A stretch of 63,950 bases of DNA, filler included, from Hyphochytrium catenoides (lineage: Eukaryota > Protista > Hyphochytriomycota): assembly GCA_900088475.1 (NCBI GenBank). It is 5 parts of 5 records of this genome, joined end to end, with 100 filler letters (N's around TTAATTAATTAA, not from the genome) between each part and the next. Parts side by side here need not be neighbours in the genome. Positions count along the whole stretch, not along the records: positions 37,476 to 52,737 come from FLMG01001535.1; 4 more parts are not named here. One strand, given 5' to 3'. Positions 39,077 to 51,269 of this stretch are shown in pieces; position 1 is the first letter of the stretch, and the number at the start of each line of letters is the position of its first letter. The position numbers were made by a program, and so were the translations under genes. The notes beneath the pieces were generated by a model that ran no database searches, was not told the origin of the DNA, and worked only from the letters and a program-made list of their open reading frames with translations.

Positions 39077-41496
39077 AAGTATGGCTCTCCAGGACAACGT
39101 AACGCCAAGGAATGGGAGACGAACAAACACACTTTCCACCGAACAGAGAGGACAAGTGATCAGAGTAGGATAGGAGTCTTGATTTGTATATCTAGCACTA
39201 TGGAGCTGCTGTGTGATATAATGGAAAATGGTCGGGTTCTCCGTAGGCGTTGTCTCTCTCTCTCTCTCACTTCTGTTTCTCTTTCGCCTTTGTATGTTTC
39301 CCTGGATCTTTCTTGACTTTGAGGATATCCCTGTTTTTCTACAGGTGTCCTCACCTGCTGCCTTGTCGATTGACCAATCTTAGGTCATTCATGTCGCAGC
39401 ACGTGCTCTTTAGTGTCAGTAGATCAATATTGCCACTTCTCTGTCTATTTACTATAGCAGATTCTACTGTTGCCCACACGGCACGGGTCTCCACTGATGA
39501 CGGCGCAGAAGCTGCGTCTATAGCTCTTCGTTCATTTCATCCCTTATTAACGGCTGCTATCTGCATCCTTTGACCCTCTGGCTCTGTTAATGACTGCTGC
39601 TTACGACGGTGAGCAGGAAAGGACTTGTCGAGCGGCAGCCGCTTTCAGTAACTTATAGTAGAAAGATCTTGACATCACCCCTCTTGGGGACCAAAGGATA
39701 GATGATATGGTGCTCCTCAGCAATCCCACCACCACCGCTTCCATCTACGTCTACGCTCTAGCAGCCCGCCCACATTTCTTCTCTTCTGCTGAGTTTTCTA
39801 AAGAGAAGACTTCTTCTTTCCCCTTTAGGACTATCGCGTTTCCTCTTGTCGGTACTTGATAAGCAAAGGTTGTACTTAGTGACTGCTTGGGCACAGCGCT
39901 AGAAGAGGACCCCGAGGAGGAGTGAAGGATAGAGTGGTGAGGGGCATCGTGTCGATTCCATCTTGACTCGCTGCTGTGTTAGCGCTTATCATGCCTTATT
40001 AGATCTCGGAGGGTAAAAAAAAACACACGTAGGTCTAGCTCCCATCTGTCTGGAATTCACACTTCTGCTGCCCTCCTGGCTCTCCTCCCTGGCAGCCGGC
40101 GATCCCATGCCATTCGGTTCTTTGGCCCTTTCTCCTCCTCTGGTTAACTACGGTCTCCTATAATATAACCGAGGAGGTGGTAAGGCCGGATAAAGCTTTG
40201 CTTGCACTACTATTGACAGTGGCCGGGAGTATATGGTTCTCGGTTCCTTCCGTTCAATGGGGAACAAGCAGCTAAGGTTGCCTAAAGATACCCAGGACGT
40301 GTTGCTGCTTGAGGGCTGGGGGTCGTACCAACAAAAAAGGTGGCTAGAAGTTGTGACAATAGACTTCTTTCACATCGTCACTGGAGGAAGGCTCACTCTT
40401 AAGGCATGGCATTTATTTGCTGGTCCACGTGGGCATCAAGAGCTGCTCCTCAGTCACTAAAAGTTTTTGTCGTGTCCTCCTATGATGTGTTCTCTGTGTT
40501 GGCTGTCAGCGTCTTTCTTCATTGATGATCAACAACAACGGCCATCATCATCATCGGTTGTAGAACACATAACAGCCGCACCGTCATCTTGTCTGTTGCA
40601 TCGAAGCGGTCGTTTATTTACAATAGCGAGGTTCGGCGACGACGAGAGGTAAGAGCTACATACATTATTACTGCTGCCATTATAATCTCCTTTCCTGCCA
40701 TTATTGCCACCTCCTGCCACATTAGCTGCCAAAGCAGCCTTCTTGTTGGTGACGAAGAAGGCGTGACACTCTTCCACGACACCGTAGTAGTCCAACATTA
40801 TTGCCTCAGTGACCGTCCGCCCTCCCAAGGGTCAGCTTCCACGGTGATTTGTGTCAAATTATTGGTGGATGCCCGCTGTTCTCCTGCCTCCTTTGGCGCT
40901 CTACAGAACCAGTAGTAGCACCCACCTCCATCACTTTTTTTGGTCAACAATGAGTTAAATCAGCCGACGATATGATCAAGCGTTGCAGTAGTAGTTCTAC
41001 CTACCTGCTTGTGTTTCCTAGAAGTCTGCTGGTTCTTGTAATAATGGTACTTGTAATCTGTAGGTCCTGTATAGATTCGTTTCCCTCCTGCTGTTGTCCG
41101 CCCTGGTTTATTTTATCCTCCTTCCTCCTGCCGTCGTCGCGTATCATCACCACTCCTCCATCCCTTCTTACACCTGGCCCCAACTCCTTCCCTTTCTTCA
41201 CTCATTCCATCTTCTCCCACACCAATCTTCTTCTGGCAAAGGTGCTAGTAGTAGTAGGAGGGACAGGCACCTCCTGCTGCCGACGACGAGCACGGCTACA
41301 CTTTGCTGTTGTTCACAGTCATTTTTTTGACTCTTTGCAGTAGTCATCAGCTCTACCTGGCGCTGCTGCCTTCAATCCTTTTACTGTATAATAGCAGAAT
41401 ACTGTTATTAGTCTTCCTGCTGGCAGCAACTTCCTACAAAAAGCATTAGTAACAAAGCAACGACAACAGGCAGGTTGGCCAAGGAGGAGGAGAAAG

Positions 41497-43947
41497 ATGA
41501 TTGAGGTGACCTCCTTCTCCCAACTTGCCATGGATATGCGGGATTGCTATCGGCAGTGCGGGCGTGGGACCAAGGAGGGGGAAAAAAGAAGCCAAGAAAC
41601 CATGCAGAACTTTCTGTTCTTCTTAAGAAACCTGGTCACAGGCTGGGGGAATGCTGATGATTTCTGTCGATGGATCAAGTCCACGCTTTGGGTTGAGAAG
41701 TCCACCACCCTTGCCACGGTCCCACAGCACCACCAGAGTGACATCGAAGTCAGTATCCCACTGGATACGGCAAAGAGGTGCAGGCTGGCGATCGAGGAGG
41801 CTCGCCGGACAGCCAGTAGCGAAAGAAAATTCTCGGAGGGCCGTTCTTTCCTTCAGGACTATTACTTATGCAATCTGGTTTTCAGACAAATCAGCGATGA
41901 GCTTTGGGAGGAAAAGGCCCTGTTACAACTACTATTGGTTCTGGTGGCAGACGAGGAGAACCGCCTGTCGATGGCGAACCGAGTGGATGCTGCTGTAGTG
42001 ATGAAAGGCGTCTTCAAGGACTTACTGGCAGATAATGGCAATCGCTTTGGACGCTATAGAAGGTCGCAAGATATGAATCTTTTCGCGTTCTTGTACGGCG
42101 AAGCATGGGAACTCTACTTCAGTGTCATACGAGTTGGCATCCATGATATGTTTATGCTTCAGAACAAGACGACTACTGAGCCTTCCGGAGACATCAATAG
42201 TAGCGCTTTTCTTGGGAAGCAAGCCTTTCTTATAGAAAACGCAACATGGGAGACAGTCCGCTCAATCTATAGGCAAAACGACGGAGATGTCATGCGACGT
42301 CGTGCCATGAAGCCTTCCTTTCCTCTTGCCTTAATAATGGAGATGATAGAACTAATTGACCAGGATCTTCGTGGGCAACATGTCAGTGACCAAGTCAGCG
42401 TGGAGCAGGTGACAAGGGTGGCTCGATGTTTTGCTTTTCTGGCGTTTGAGATTGATTGGCCCATGCGGCACTCTCCCTTTCTGCCGTCCTATTATCCCGT
42501 TTGTGAAGCGTCCGGTCGATGGATGTCATTGAAGGAGGCTGCGGTCGTCTCATCTTGCTCTGTAACTCTACATAAAAGCCTTTGCGAGATCCAAGCAAGT
42601 GTCGTCCGGTTCTGGTGTGCTGTCCTAGCCAAGAATGAGATAGACGAGCGGGTTGACGAAGCATTCGTCCGATCGAGCGCACTGAAGGCTGCAATCGAAG
42701 TTGGCCTTTATGGCGACTGTAATCCGGATGGCATAAGTGTACTTCGTATGTTTATCACACGGCCGCACTCTGCCCAACGAAACGTAGAAGTGTTACTTCA
42801 ACTCATCGACCTCAAGGAGCTTCTATCGCGACTCCTTAACATAACGAGGGACCGAGAGCAGTCCACTGCTATGCTATGGTCTCTCTGGACCATAAGACCG
42901 GATACTCGGCATTACTGTCGTCGGAGCGTGACATTGCTGAGAGACATGTTACGAATCTACCTGGAGCAGGACAAAGATTATTGTATGAACGTCATCGGGA
43001 GTTGGTTGTTTGTCCTCTGGAAGGAGGACTTCCCTTCTGGAGAGGAGTCTGTTACAGAAGATGCGACTACGTCATCAACAGTAGTTCAAGTCCTAGTTGA
43101 ACAGTTGCGGAAAGCGTCGGAGAACGTTGATGAGATCGGCCTCCCCGCCGCAAAGGTGAAAGAGTACCTTCTTCATCTCTTTCGCAAGGTGATTATGAGA
43201 ATCTATGCTTTGGACCCAGGAGACCCTAAGCTTGTGATGGCAACTCTGGTAAACTCCGAGCTGATATTTATTATCTTCACAATCGCCATCCAGGATTGGA
43301 TCTTCGAGGCAATTGACATTCTTCACCAGTCCCTCTCAGCTTATGGGACGAGTGTCCATCGCATCTGTGCCCGGTTAGGTGAGGAGCAGAGGCTACCACA
43401 CTTGTGGGACTGCCTTCTAAAAATTAGCTCGGTGGGCAAGGAAGGGCCTGTTGCGCGCTATCTTAGTCTCTTAACCTTGCTACTTGAAAAGGGAGGAGCC
43501 AAGAAAATGCTGTCAACAGAAGGGTGCCCCAGATGGCATGACGTAGTGACATGTTTGCTGAAGATGTTTGACGAGGAGGAGAGTTCAGAGGCAAAGTCCT
43601 CGGGTGTAAGGTTGTCGACACTACTGCTACTGCGCACGGCGGCGGAGGTGCGAGGCTCTGGACCGCATATCAGTGGGGCGATCTTCGTGCCAGGTGTTCT
43701 CGATCGGGTGGTTCGTTTCATCGCCGAGAGCAAGAGAGAAGCCGATGCGGCGAAGAACTCCAGCATACAACCTGTTGTCCAGCAACCCAAGAGAAGGCGC
43801 AAAAAGAAAAAAGGAGGTAGTATGCCGATCGCTCTAAGCGCTCTGCCTGCCTTAGAAGCATTCCAGAAAAGACTGGAAGAACACTTGTCGATCCCAAGAA
43901 CCCGTGGTGATTCTAGCGAATGGCTAATTGTCGACGGAGATTGCTGA
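41497..43947 (+). CDS. Intronless 816-aa hypothetical protein, probably alpha-helical, with a C-terminal basic NLS-like stretch (PKRRRKKKKGG)
   Basis: 2.45-kb uninterrupted ORF of normal complexity; no recognised motif. Confidence 0.75.
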   Translation: MIEVTSFSQLAMDMRDCYRQCGRGTKEGEKRSQETMQNFLFFLRNLVTGWGNADDFCRWIKSTLWVEKSTTLATVPQHHQSDIEVSIPLDTAKRCRLAIEEARRTASSERKFSEGRSFLQDYYLCNLVFRQISDELWEEKALLQLLLVLVADEENRLSMANRVDAAVVMKGVFKDLLADNGNRFGRYRRSQDMNLFAFLYGEAWELYFSVIRVGIHDMFMLQNKTTTEPSGDINSSAFLGKQAFLIENATWETVRSIYRQNDGDVMRRRAMKPSFPLALIMEMIELIDQDLRGQHVSDQVSVEQVTRVARCFAFLAFEIDWPMRHSPFLPSYYPVCEASGRWMSLKEAAVVSSCSVTLHKSLCEIQASVVRFWCAVLAKNEIDERVDEAFVRSSALKAAIEVGLYGDCNPDGISVLRMFITRPHSAQRNVEVLLQLIDLKELLSRLLNITRDREQSTAMLWSLWTIRPDTRHYCRRSVTLLRDMLRIYLEQDKDYCMNVIGSWLFVLWKEDFPSGEESVTEDATTSSTVVQVLVEQLRKASENVDEIGLPAAKVKEYLLHLFRKVIMRIYALDPGDPKLVMATLVNSELIFIIFTIAIQDWIFEAIDILHQSLSAYGTSVHRICARLGEEQRLPHLWDCLLKISSVGKEGPVARYLSLLTLLLEKGGAKKMLSTEGCPRWHDVVTCLLKMFDEEESSEAKSSGVRLSTLLLLRTAAEVRGSGPHISGAIFVPGVLDRVVRFIAESKREADAAKNSSIQPVVQQPKRRRKKKKGGSMPIALSALPALEAFQKRLEEHLSIPRTRGDSSEWLIVDGDC

Positions 43948-44252
43948 AGGAGAAAATGCCAAGAGGGCGTACGTCCTAGTAGACGACGAGCCGACTACAT
44001 CTAGAAGGCAGATCAACCCATCAGCTCTCCAAAAACAAGTAGTGCTTGAGGCGACCATTATGACTTTAAAAACTTTTAGACACTCCCCGCCCTTCATAAA
44101 GTGTAATTACTCAAACTGCTCGATGTACAGAGCACAACCGCAATGACCATGCAGCAAGCCTTACATTGCCCCGCCCCAATCCACACCAGTCCGAGCATGC
44201 GACCTCACCGCCCTCTCACTTGAGATGTCCTCATTGCTGGTTGGGCTTGGGC

Positions 44253-44399
44253 TCACTTTTTTTGAGGTGCTCTGTAACAGGACGCCTGAGCTGAAGCAGC
44301 TGCGAGACCTTGTGAAGCTTCCGAGACTGTCTCATGCTCTTCCAAGTTACAGCTAAACTTAGATTCATAGTCGCACCGTCTACAAGTTACCAACAACAT
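44253..44399 (-). pseudogene. Small C2H2-type zinc-finger relic
   Basis: MLLVTCRRCDYESKFSCNLEEHE..., with SRKLHK in an adjacent frame, fits CxxCxY-x5-NLxxH...H. Confidence 0.4.
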
Positions 44400-44989
44400 A
44401 CTGAGGTAATCAGCGAGGTAGTCGTTGTTACTGGTGGTGGGGGATTGACTGATAGGTGTCCCTGATTGTTGTAAGGAAGAAAGGGTAGGTCAGTCTCTAA
44501 TCAAATGCCATTCTAGCATGGATATATGTTCCATGGAAAGGGGTAGCACGCGACCTCCTGTCGCCTTCTCGTTGATAATATAATAAGGTGCCATTCTCCT
44601 GTTTACAAATGACTTTCCGACCAAGCCATGGCCAGTAGCCACTGCTAGATATACTAAGTGCTGCCCTACTACGTGTTAGCGGGATGATGACTGTTGTTCC
44701 CAAGAAGTGACGCTGTTTACGTAGGAGGGCCAATAGAAGAAGAGACTACTGAACTTATAGTTCCCGTGCCTCCTGAGGTCTTACTGATGAACAGCTTATA
44801 AAGTTAGAAGAAGTGTGTGGAGCTTGGGCCTTTCTTCAAACCCATCTCGTAAAGATGTCACTTTCGCAGATTACTAATTTTAGTGGAGGAACCTTCGTCG
44901 TGCGTGGGTCTACACCACTGCTGCGCTGCTCAGCTAGGTTGCTCTCTCGACGACTTGTCTCTACGTCTGTACCCCCTTACTGTAGGTAA

Positions 44990-45857
44990 GTTATTTTATT
45001 GGCACCGTCATCAGAGAGCTTACTTCATCATTCAAACACTCCGTAGAACAAATCATCATCAGGGTCCTCGCCTTCAGACTCATTGAAGATGGCTAAACTC
45101 ACCTGGAGCCAGTCCTCATATCCCTCAGCTCGAGCTTTATTGAGACGGTCCACAAGGTCAGTGAGCATTTGCAGCTTCAGGGGCACACCTACGGGTTCTT
45201 GTTTAGGCTTCTGTTGTTTATGTTTGGCCTTAAGAGGCTTTGGAGGCGTCGGATTTGGGATCCATATCTGAAGTAGTTCTTCCGGCATGGAAGGCAGCGA
45301 TCGAAGGTTATCTGGTACTCGGCCGCCGATCCACTGATAGGACTTCTCAAGTTCATCTACTTTGAATAGGGAGGTGCGATGACGCACTTCTTGTCAGAGA
45401 GAAGGTCGATTCCCAGGTTGTCGAAGCCCTCATAATTGGTCTTGATGCCGCCCTTCACTCTTCTCTCGTCATAGCGGAAGTAGAAATGAAACCTATCGGG
45501 TCCCGACTGAACACGTGGCGTTTCCATGGGAATAATATCCATTTCCAAGCCACGAAGGAGCAGCAGAACTTGAAAATCGACCATGTTGTCAATATCGAGG
45601 ACCATGAAGCCATTGACTTTTCCAGTGAGTAGAGCAAGCCCTTTTCATTCGCACTTTGTTGTCGCGAAACTTGGCACTACTGAGCTCTGGGGTTAGCTTT
45701 TGCCTTCCGTGACGAAAGAAATATTCTTCTTGATCTTGCCTAACTTCTCATCAAACTCCAACTACTTTAGATAGGTGGGAGTAAGTGCCAGACCTTGATC
45801 TAGGTAGTGATTGACAGTACACGCACTGAATACTGGGGTCTTGTTTACGCAGGGCAT
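44990..45857 (-). pseudogene. Bifunctional primase-polymerase (Prim-Pol, AEP superfamily) + PriCT-2 domain, frameshifted
   Basis: GLALLTGKVNGFMVLDIDN, TPRVQSGPDRFHFYFRYD, GIDLLSDKKCVIAPP, SLPSMPEELL, then YEDWLQVSLAIFNE...F..*SKLSD; several stops and frameshifts. Confidence 0.85.
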
Positions 45858-46399
45858 ATCTGGGCAGTGACTCTTGTGTATCAGTTATGCTTACGGCGGT
45901 TTGAAGGGTGATGTGTTGGTATACGTATTATGATTTATCCCTTTAAATGCTATTTCTCGCTTGATGAAAGCTTCACTAGCTAGTACTACTAGCCCTAATA
46001 ACATGTAACACTGATCGGAAACAACGATGTTGGTCGATAAAAGTGGGTAAAGCTGCCGGCTTTGTTTTGCTGGCTCCCTGATTACTCTTTGCAACCACTA
46101 CCGTTTTACCAAGATTGCCCTATTTATACTTACCCACTTGAGATTCTAGGCTTGGTAAATATTTACCTGTTTGTCTCTTCTCCCGTTATTCCCCTTGTCA
46201 TACATCGTGGGTATGGAAGTCATAGATATTATCTGGTGTGTTTTGGAACATGGCAGAGGCTGGAGTTCCGATTTACCCCGACTTACTTGTAGTCTATGAC
46301 CACTACCCGAAGTGTAGCACTAGAGGGGTCTGCCCTCGTTAATTCCTATTTAAAAATAAAAAAAGCCAGCTTTAGCATATACAAGCAGCTCAGATCTTC

Positions 46400-49300
46400 A
46401 CGACGAAGCGCTTTACCTGCAATTACTCGTGACACTATCTGCGCTTCAGAAGCTCATTGAACTTGCAGGCCGGCTTGGACTGGAAGCGAATATCATCGAA
46501 GCGTTGGACACACTCTGGCATCTGCAATAAATGAAGACAAGGCTTTTATGATCAACAGAATCAGCTCTGCCGATACCATCACCCCAGATGACAAGGACAA
46601 GGCCATCAGGTTGATCCGTGCTCTCACTAGAAAAGCTGCCAGGGCTGTAGGCTTCAACGACACCTATCGCCAACGTGACACTATCGATCGTGAGGCTTTC
46701 TTCCTTCCACATTGTCAGCAGTTCGATTTCCAGACCACCACCGGAATGAAAGCGACTGAGACGAAGCTCATTCCAGCGGTCATGACTACCGCTTAGGCAA
46801 GGGCCAAAGAACCAGACTGACTTGGGCCAACTTCACGGTAAAGAAAACCCTTACTGCGAGCGTTGGAGGTGTACTACAAAGTCTGGCGGACAATAGATCG
46901 CAGCCATATCGCTTGACTATCATGTCCCAAACACTCCTGCTAACCAGCACTGCTCTCGATCGGGCGATAGCTGTCGACAAGGTAGTGGAGGTCTTCAAGA
47001 ACAAAGAGCCAATGATAGCATTAGTCTTCAAGCCAACCACTGAGCAAACCAGAGAACGCTCAACGGAAGCCGAGGAGATTCAGTTAATGAAAGAAGCGAT
47101 GACGAATGAAGCAAAGCGTGTTGCAAAGAGAGACAACACCACATTGGAAGACGCTCTTCAGGCCAAGAGACAGCTCCTAGCGAAGGAAGCCCTTGTGTGC
47201 ACAACATCAGGGGCCAGTCAGAGTCCCGCAGAAGCAGATGTCATCGAAGCAGCTACAGAGAAAGGTGTAATGACACCATCAGGAGCTATGGTCAATCTCC
47301 TATCGACTTTGACAACCACGCCAGTATGTGCCCAAATAGAAGGTCAACGGAGGTTGTCTCTACCTTCACAGCTGACAAAGTCCAATATTACCCCAAGCAT
47401 CCAGTGTACGAAATAGTCACCAAGAAGCAGCTTCAGTTTGAAACCTTTATAAGCTATGACACCGAGGCTATCATCGGCGAGAACGGAGTCCACCATCCTC
47501 ACACCATAGAGGCCATTGAGGACCGATTCAATTTCGAGTTCTGCTACACAAACACCTCCCCGTCAGATCCACTCCAACCTACAGGGAACGATGTGAGCAA
47601 TAGGTTTCTAAGTTGGCTCGTCTTCATAGCTGAGCCTTTGGCCAAGAAGATTACTACAAAGTCACGTAAACCCATTCTTACCCGGTATCACCACCTCTGT
47701 AAATGCAAAAAGGCAGACGCTTCAAGTGACTGTGAGAAGACGTGCAACTATCTTAATCTCAGCAATGAACTCTCCGTAATAAAGATACCTGTATGTGGGT
47801 ACAACAGTTCGAGATTGTTACGAGAGTGAGCGTTACGACTATATGGCAGTGGTAGGAGTTTGTGNNNNNNNNNNNNNNNNNNNNNNNNNNNNNNNNNNNN
47901 NNNNNNNNCACATGGAGACGATAAAGGAACTGGCTTTCTGCTGCTTGGCTGATGTGGAGGATAGGAGATAGGTTGCCTTGGTTTTCTATCTTGTACTCCT
48001 CCTCCCTCCTTGTCTCTCTCTAGCTATGGAAGGGCTTCTTAGAGACTCAGGGGAGCTCAGCTGTGTGAGCTGAGATAGGCTTATTGGTGATGTAGAAGAT
48101 GGCACTTGTTGGTGAAGCGTCGAGATATAGCTAGAGTTATCAGTTAAGAGCACTAGCTCACAAACTAGTCATTCATCAAGTTCCAGAAGAAAAGCACTCA
48201 GCTAAAGAGATACGATATCAGCTTCCTCCTGAACGCGATAGAGAAGAAAGTTGATAGAGTGCTTGTTCAGTCATCTGGGATCCTAGACCTGTGCTGGTCA
48301 GTCTACGTAACTGAGCTGAAGAAGAGCATCACGTATATTATTTCCCTAGACGCCTATCGCCATTCCACCAACACGAATCTCGAAACCTTCGCTAACAGGA
48401 ATGGCGTCACAGGTAAGAAGCTACCCTATAACTATGAATACATAAAAAGCCCAGCTCAGTACCTTGAAACTACCTTCCCGACAGGCATATGGGGTGATCA
48501 GCAGACTGAAAAAGAAGCGCGGAAGATCTGGGACCGGATGGTCTCAAGAATCCCAGTATGAAAGCATATACAGAACACTACTGTCGACAAGACGTAGAAC
48601 TCCTCCGCCATGCGATCAAGGCCTATAGATAGAGCGACAGTGTACAAAGATACAAGAATGGAAGCGTTGTCGTATGTAACGACCTCTCAACTAGCAGACA
48701 ATATATTTAAACGTTCATACCTCGAGACAACTCTGCACACTATCCCAGGTAAGACAGCCTATGACCTCTTCAACCGCTCAATCTTCGGAGGCTTGTGTCA
48801 AACTTTCCGACATCAGGCTGAGGCCACACCTTCTACAAAGATCCTGGGCATGGACGCGAACTCACTCTACCCATTTGCCATGTCCAGGCCCCTATTGACC
48901 CTAGATAGCAATAAAGACGGTAAGTGCAAGTTTGAGATCGTAGATGACCCTGCTGAGTGTCATACCTTCCATAGTCGGCTAACCTCAGTCAGTAAACAGG
49001 AAAAGACCAAAGTGCTAATCCAAGCTATGCTGTATGGTGGCACCGAGACCATCATCGACAATCTCAACGCCTACGAGGATGGGATTCTTAGATGTCTTCT
49101 TGAGTGTGTTCTCTACTACACTGACGAGCAGAAGGAAGCCCTCAAGCACCTACCCATCCTACCAACCAGAGAAGTCCCTCCAGATAATCTGGGCGGCGCC
49201 TTCGGGAATAGAGTCAAGAAAGCGGCAAACAAAGGAAACAGCTCCTCCGAGATGCTTCTTCTCACCTTGGAACCTAAAACAGACTACGTATTGCCGGCAT

Positions 49301-50300
49301 ACGCATTGTTATACCTGCTCATTAAGAACATGGTCACAATAGCAAAGGTCAAGAAGGTCATCATTATGAGATTTGCCTTGGTTTATAACAATTATGTCAA
49401 TAACTATGCAGGTAAGCGACAGGAAGCGGAATCCAACATCCACAGGGCCATAAACGACGAAGCGCTCCTAACTGCCAGCGAGACAAAGAGTTATTTTAAG
49501 TCAATGCTGAACAATCCATACGGTAAGACCCTTCAGGACGAGTCCAAGTATACCACCAAGAAGTTCATAGTCAACAATCCTAACGATGATTCGATTACCT
49601 GAAAAAAAGTCAGCGGTAAACAGCTGGTTGTTGACGCAAAACAGCTCTCAAAGAACAGCATCCTTGTAAGCTGCAGAGCCGCCACCAAGGTGAAAATTCC
49701 AAGATACCTTGGCATGGGGATCCTCAGGACTTCAAAGCTTCTGATGTATGACTTCATCTACAACTTTATCCTTATTACTCTCCTGAACAGCTCCAGCTCC
49801 TCTACATAGATACAGATGGCATAAACTTCCAACTAGATAGCCCCACTTATGAAGCATTCCTCCAAAAGTTCCCTCATCAGGAGCTAGGAGACCGCTTCAT
49901 CGCTGCCAAAGGTGATGTCACACCGGGCAAGTTTAAACTAGACGCGGATTTGATTTGCAAGAGGAGATGATCTGTTTAGCTCCAAAGTAAAGATTTATGC
50001 TCTCCGTTGATGACGACACCACAGCAGTTTGTTATCAAAGCCAAGGGAGTTCAAAAGGCAATTCTCAAGCTCAACCACGAGAAGTTCAGACAAACCTTGA
50101 AGGAGCTCAGTCAGCTATCTACCAGTTGAGAACATGATCATCATCTTCATCAAGTAGTAGTTCTAGCACTTAAGGATGGCTGCACAGGTGGTGTCTACAT
50201 GCAGACGATTATAATAATAGCTCCAAACTCTACTTCACCTGCAGGATAGACAGGACAACACACTCTTGATCGCAGGGAAAGATTGCAATCTCATAAATAA
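46400..50300 (+). pseudogene. Protein-primed family B DNA polymerase (pPolB), degraded
   Basis: ExoI ISYDTEA, ExoII GYNSSR/YDISFL (split by an insert), ExoIII HYCRQDVELL, RSIFGGLCQTFRH, motif A GMDANSLYPFAM, motif B KSMLNNPYGKTLQ, PRYLGMGILRTSKLLMYDFIY, motif C LLYIDTDG (49803), GKFKLD, KAKGVQK; start approximate. Confidence 0.92.
47816..48206. mobile_element. Solo-LTR-like insertion with 5-bp target-site duplication GAGAT
   Basis: GAGAT at 47811-47815 and 48207-48211; starts TGTTACGAGAGTG, ends CACTCAGCTAAA (degenerate inverted terminus); excision restores in-frame N-S-S-R-Y-D-I-S-F-L; contains an N gap. Confidence 0.8.
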
Positions 50301-50690
50301 AATAAGTCTTTTTTCAGTTATCGGAATACAGTCACCACCCATGACAGCATCTAATAACTCCCATCATACCGCGACATGCTCAACCACACAACCACACCAA
50401 CCCAAATCCCCACAGCAACCTGTAAGCACCTAAAGGATCAGCAAACAAAGCCTTTAGAGACCACTGCGGCGACCGCGGCAAAATGTGCACATATGGTGCT
50501 CCCAAATTTCCAGCTACGACCATGCCCACGCTGGCACATTTTGTCACCGTGGACATGGTTCACCCACACTTGCCCAGCCCCATTTCACCTTGTTAGCACC
50601 TAGAACAGCAAACAAAGGCTTTGCAAACCCTTTGGCCTACCGTGGCAAACTGTGTGTGATGTTGTCACCTTTAGGCTACAAGTAGCCTGC

Positions 50691-50889
50691 TGTGGTGAAC
50701 TACGTTCCCCTACCCAGCCAACAACCCCTTCACCCATCCATCCCAAGTCTCTGGGAGCCTCAGGACCATTCAGGCTCTCCAATACCAAGTACTGTATCGT
50801 ATAAGCTTGTTAATATCACTTCGTAATTTCCCCGTCACCAGACAAGTCTCAGACATCTGACCCATATAATACTACATGGTAGCTTGAGC
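50691..50889 (+). repeat. Putative 5' LTR (TGTGGT...ACTACA, 50691-50876) and primer-binding site TGGTAGCTTGAGC
   Basis: CA-TGG junction upstream of gag; near-inverted 6-bp termini; second LTR not in window, so the left edge is tentative. Confidence 0.45.
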
Positions 50890-51269
50890 TTTACCTCTCG
50901 TTTTTTCGCAACTGGAAGCCTGGCTAGCGGCCCTAGCAAGGAGCGGACGAGCGAGAGGAGGAGGAGACGAGAAGTGGAAAAGATAGCAGGAGAAGGATGG
51001 TGCAAACCAGAAGAGGCAGCAGACGACGGCGGTAGCAGCTCGGGGCCGCGGAGTAGCTGCTGCTGGCGGTGGGGAGAACCCACAAGCAGGAACGGCGTCA
51101 GCGGCGCCCAGGCGAAGGGCCGCCAGACGCGGGACGCAAGCTGAGGTCTCGCAGCCTGACCTAACCAGGCCAGAGGAACCCGGAGCGCTAACGCAGCGAG
51201 AGCCCAGGCTTGTATCGGCCGTCGCTGCGGAGCCTCTGCGGCTCGCAGACGAGCGGCGCGGAGGCATGG

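Larger units (their letters stand above)
44250..50300. mobile_element. Decayed Polinton/Maverick- or PLV-like endogenous element (Prim-Pol + pPolB, divergent)
   Basis: Intronless, microsatellite-free block carrying two viral-type replication pseudogenes head to head; boundaries approximate, no TIR found. Confidence 0.75.

Noticed and set aside
50151-50162. AGTAGTAGT resembling a Polinton terminus
   Set aside because: Wrong orientation for a right end, and no matching inverted repeat found on the left
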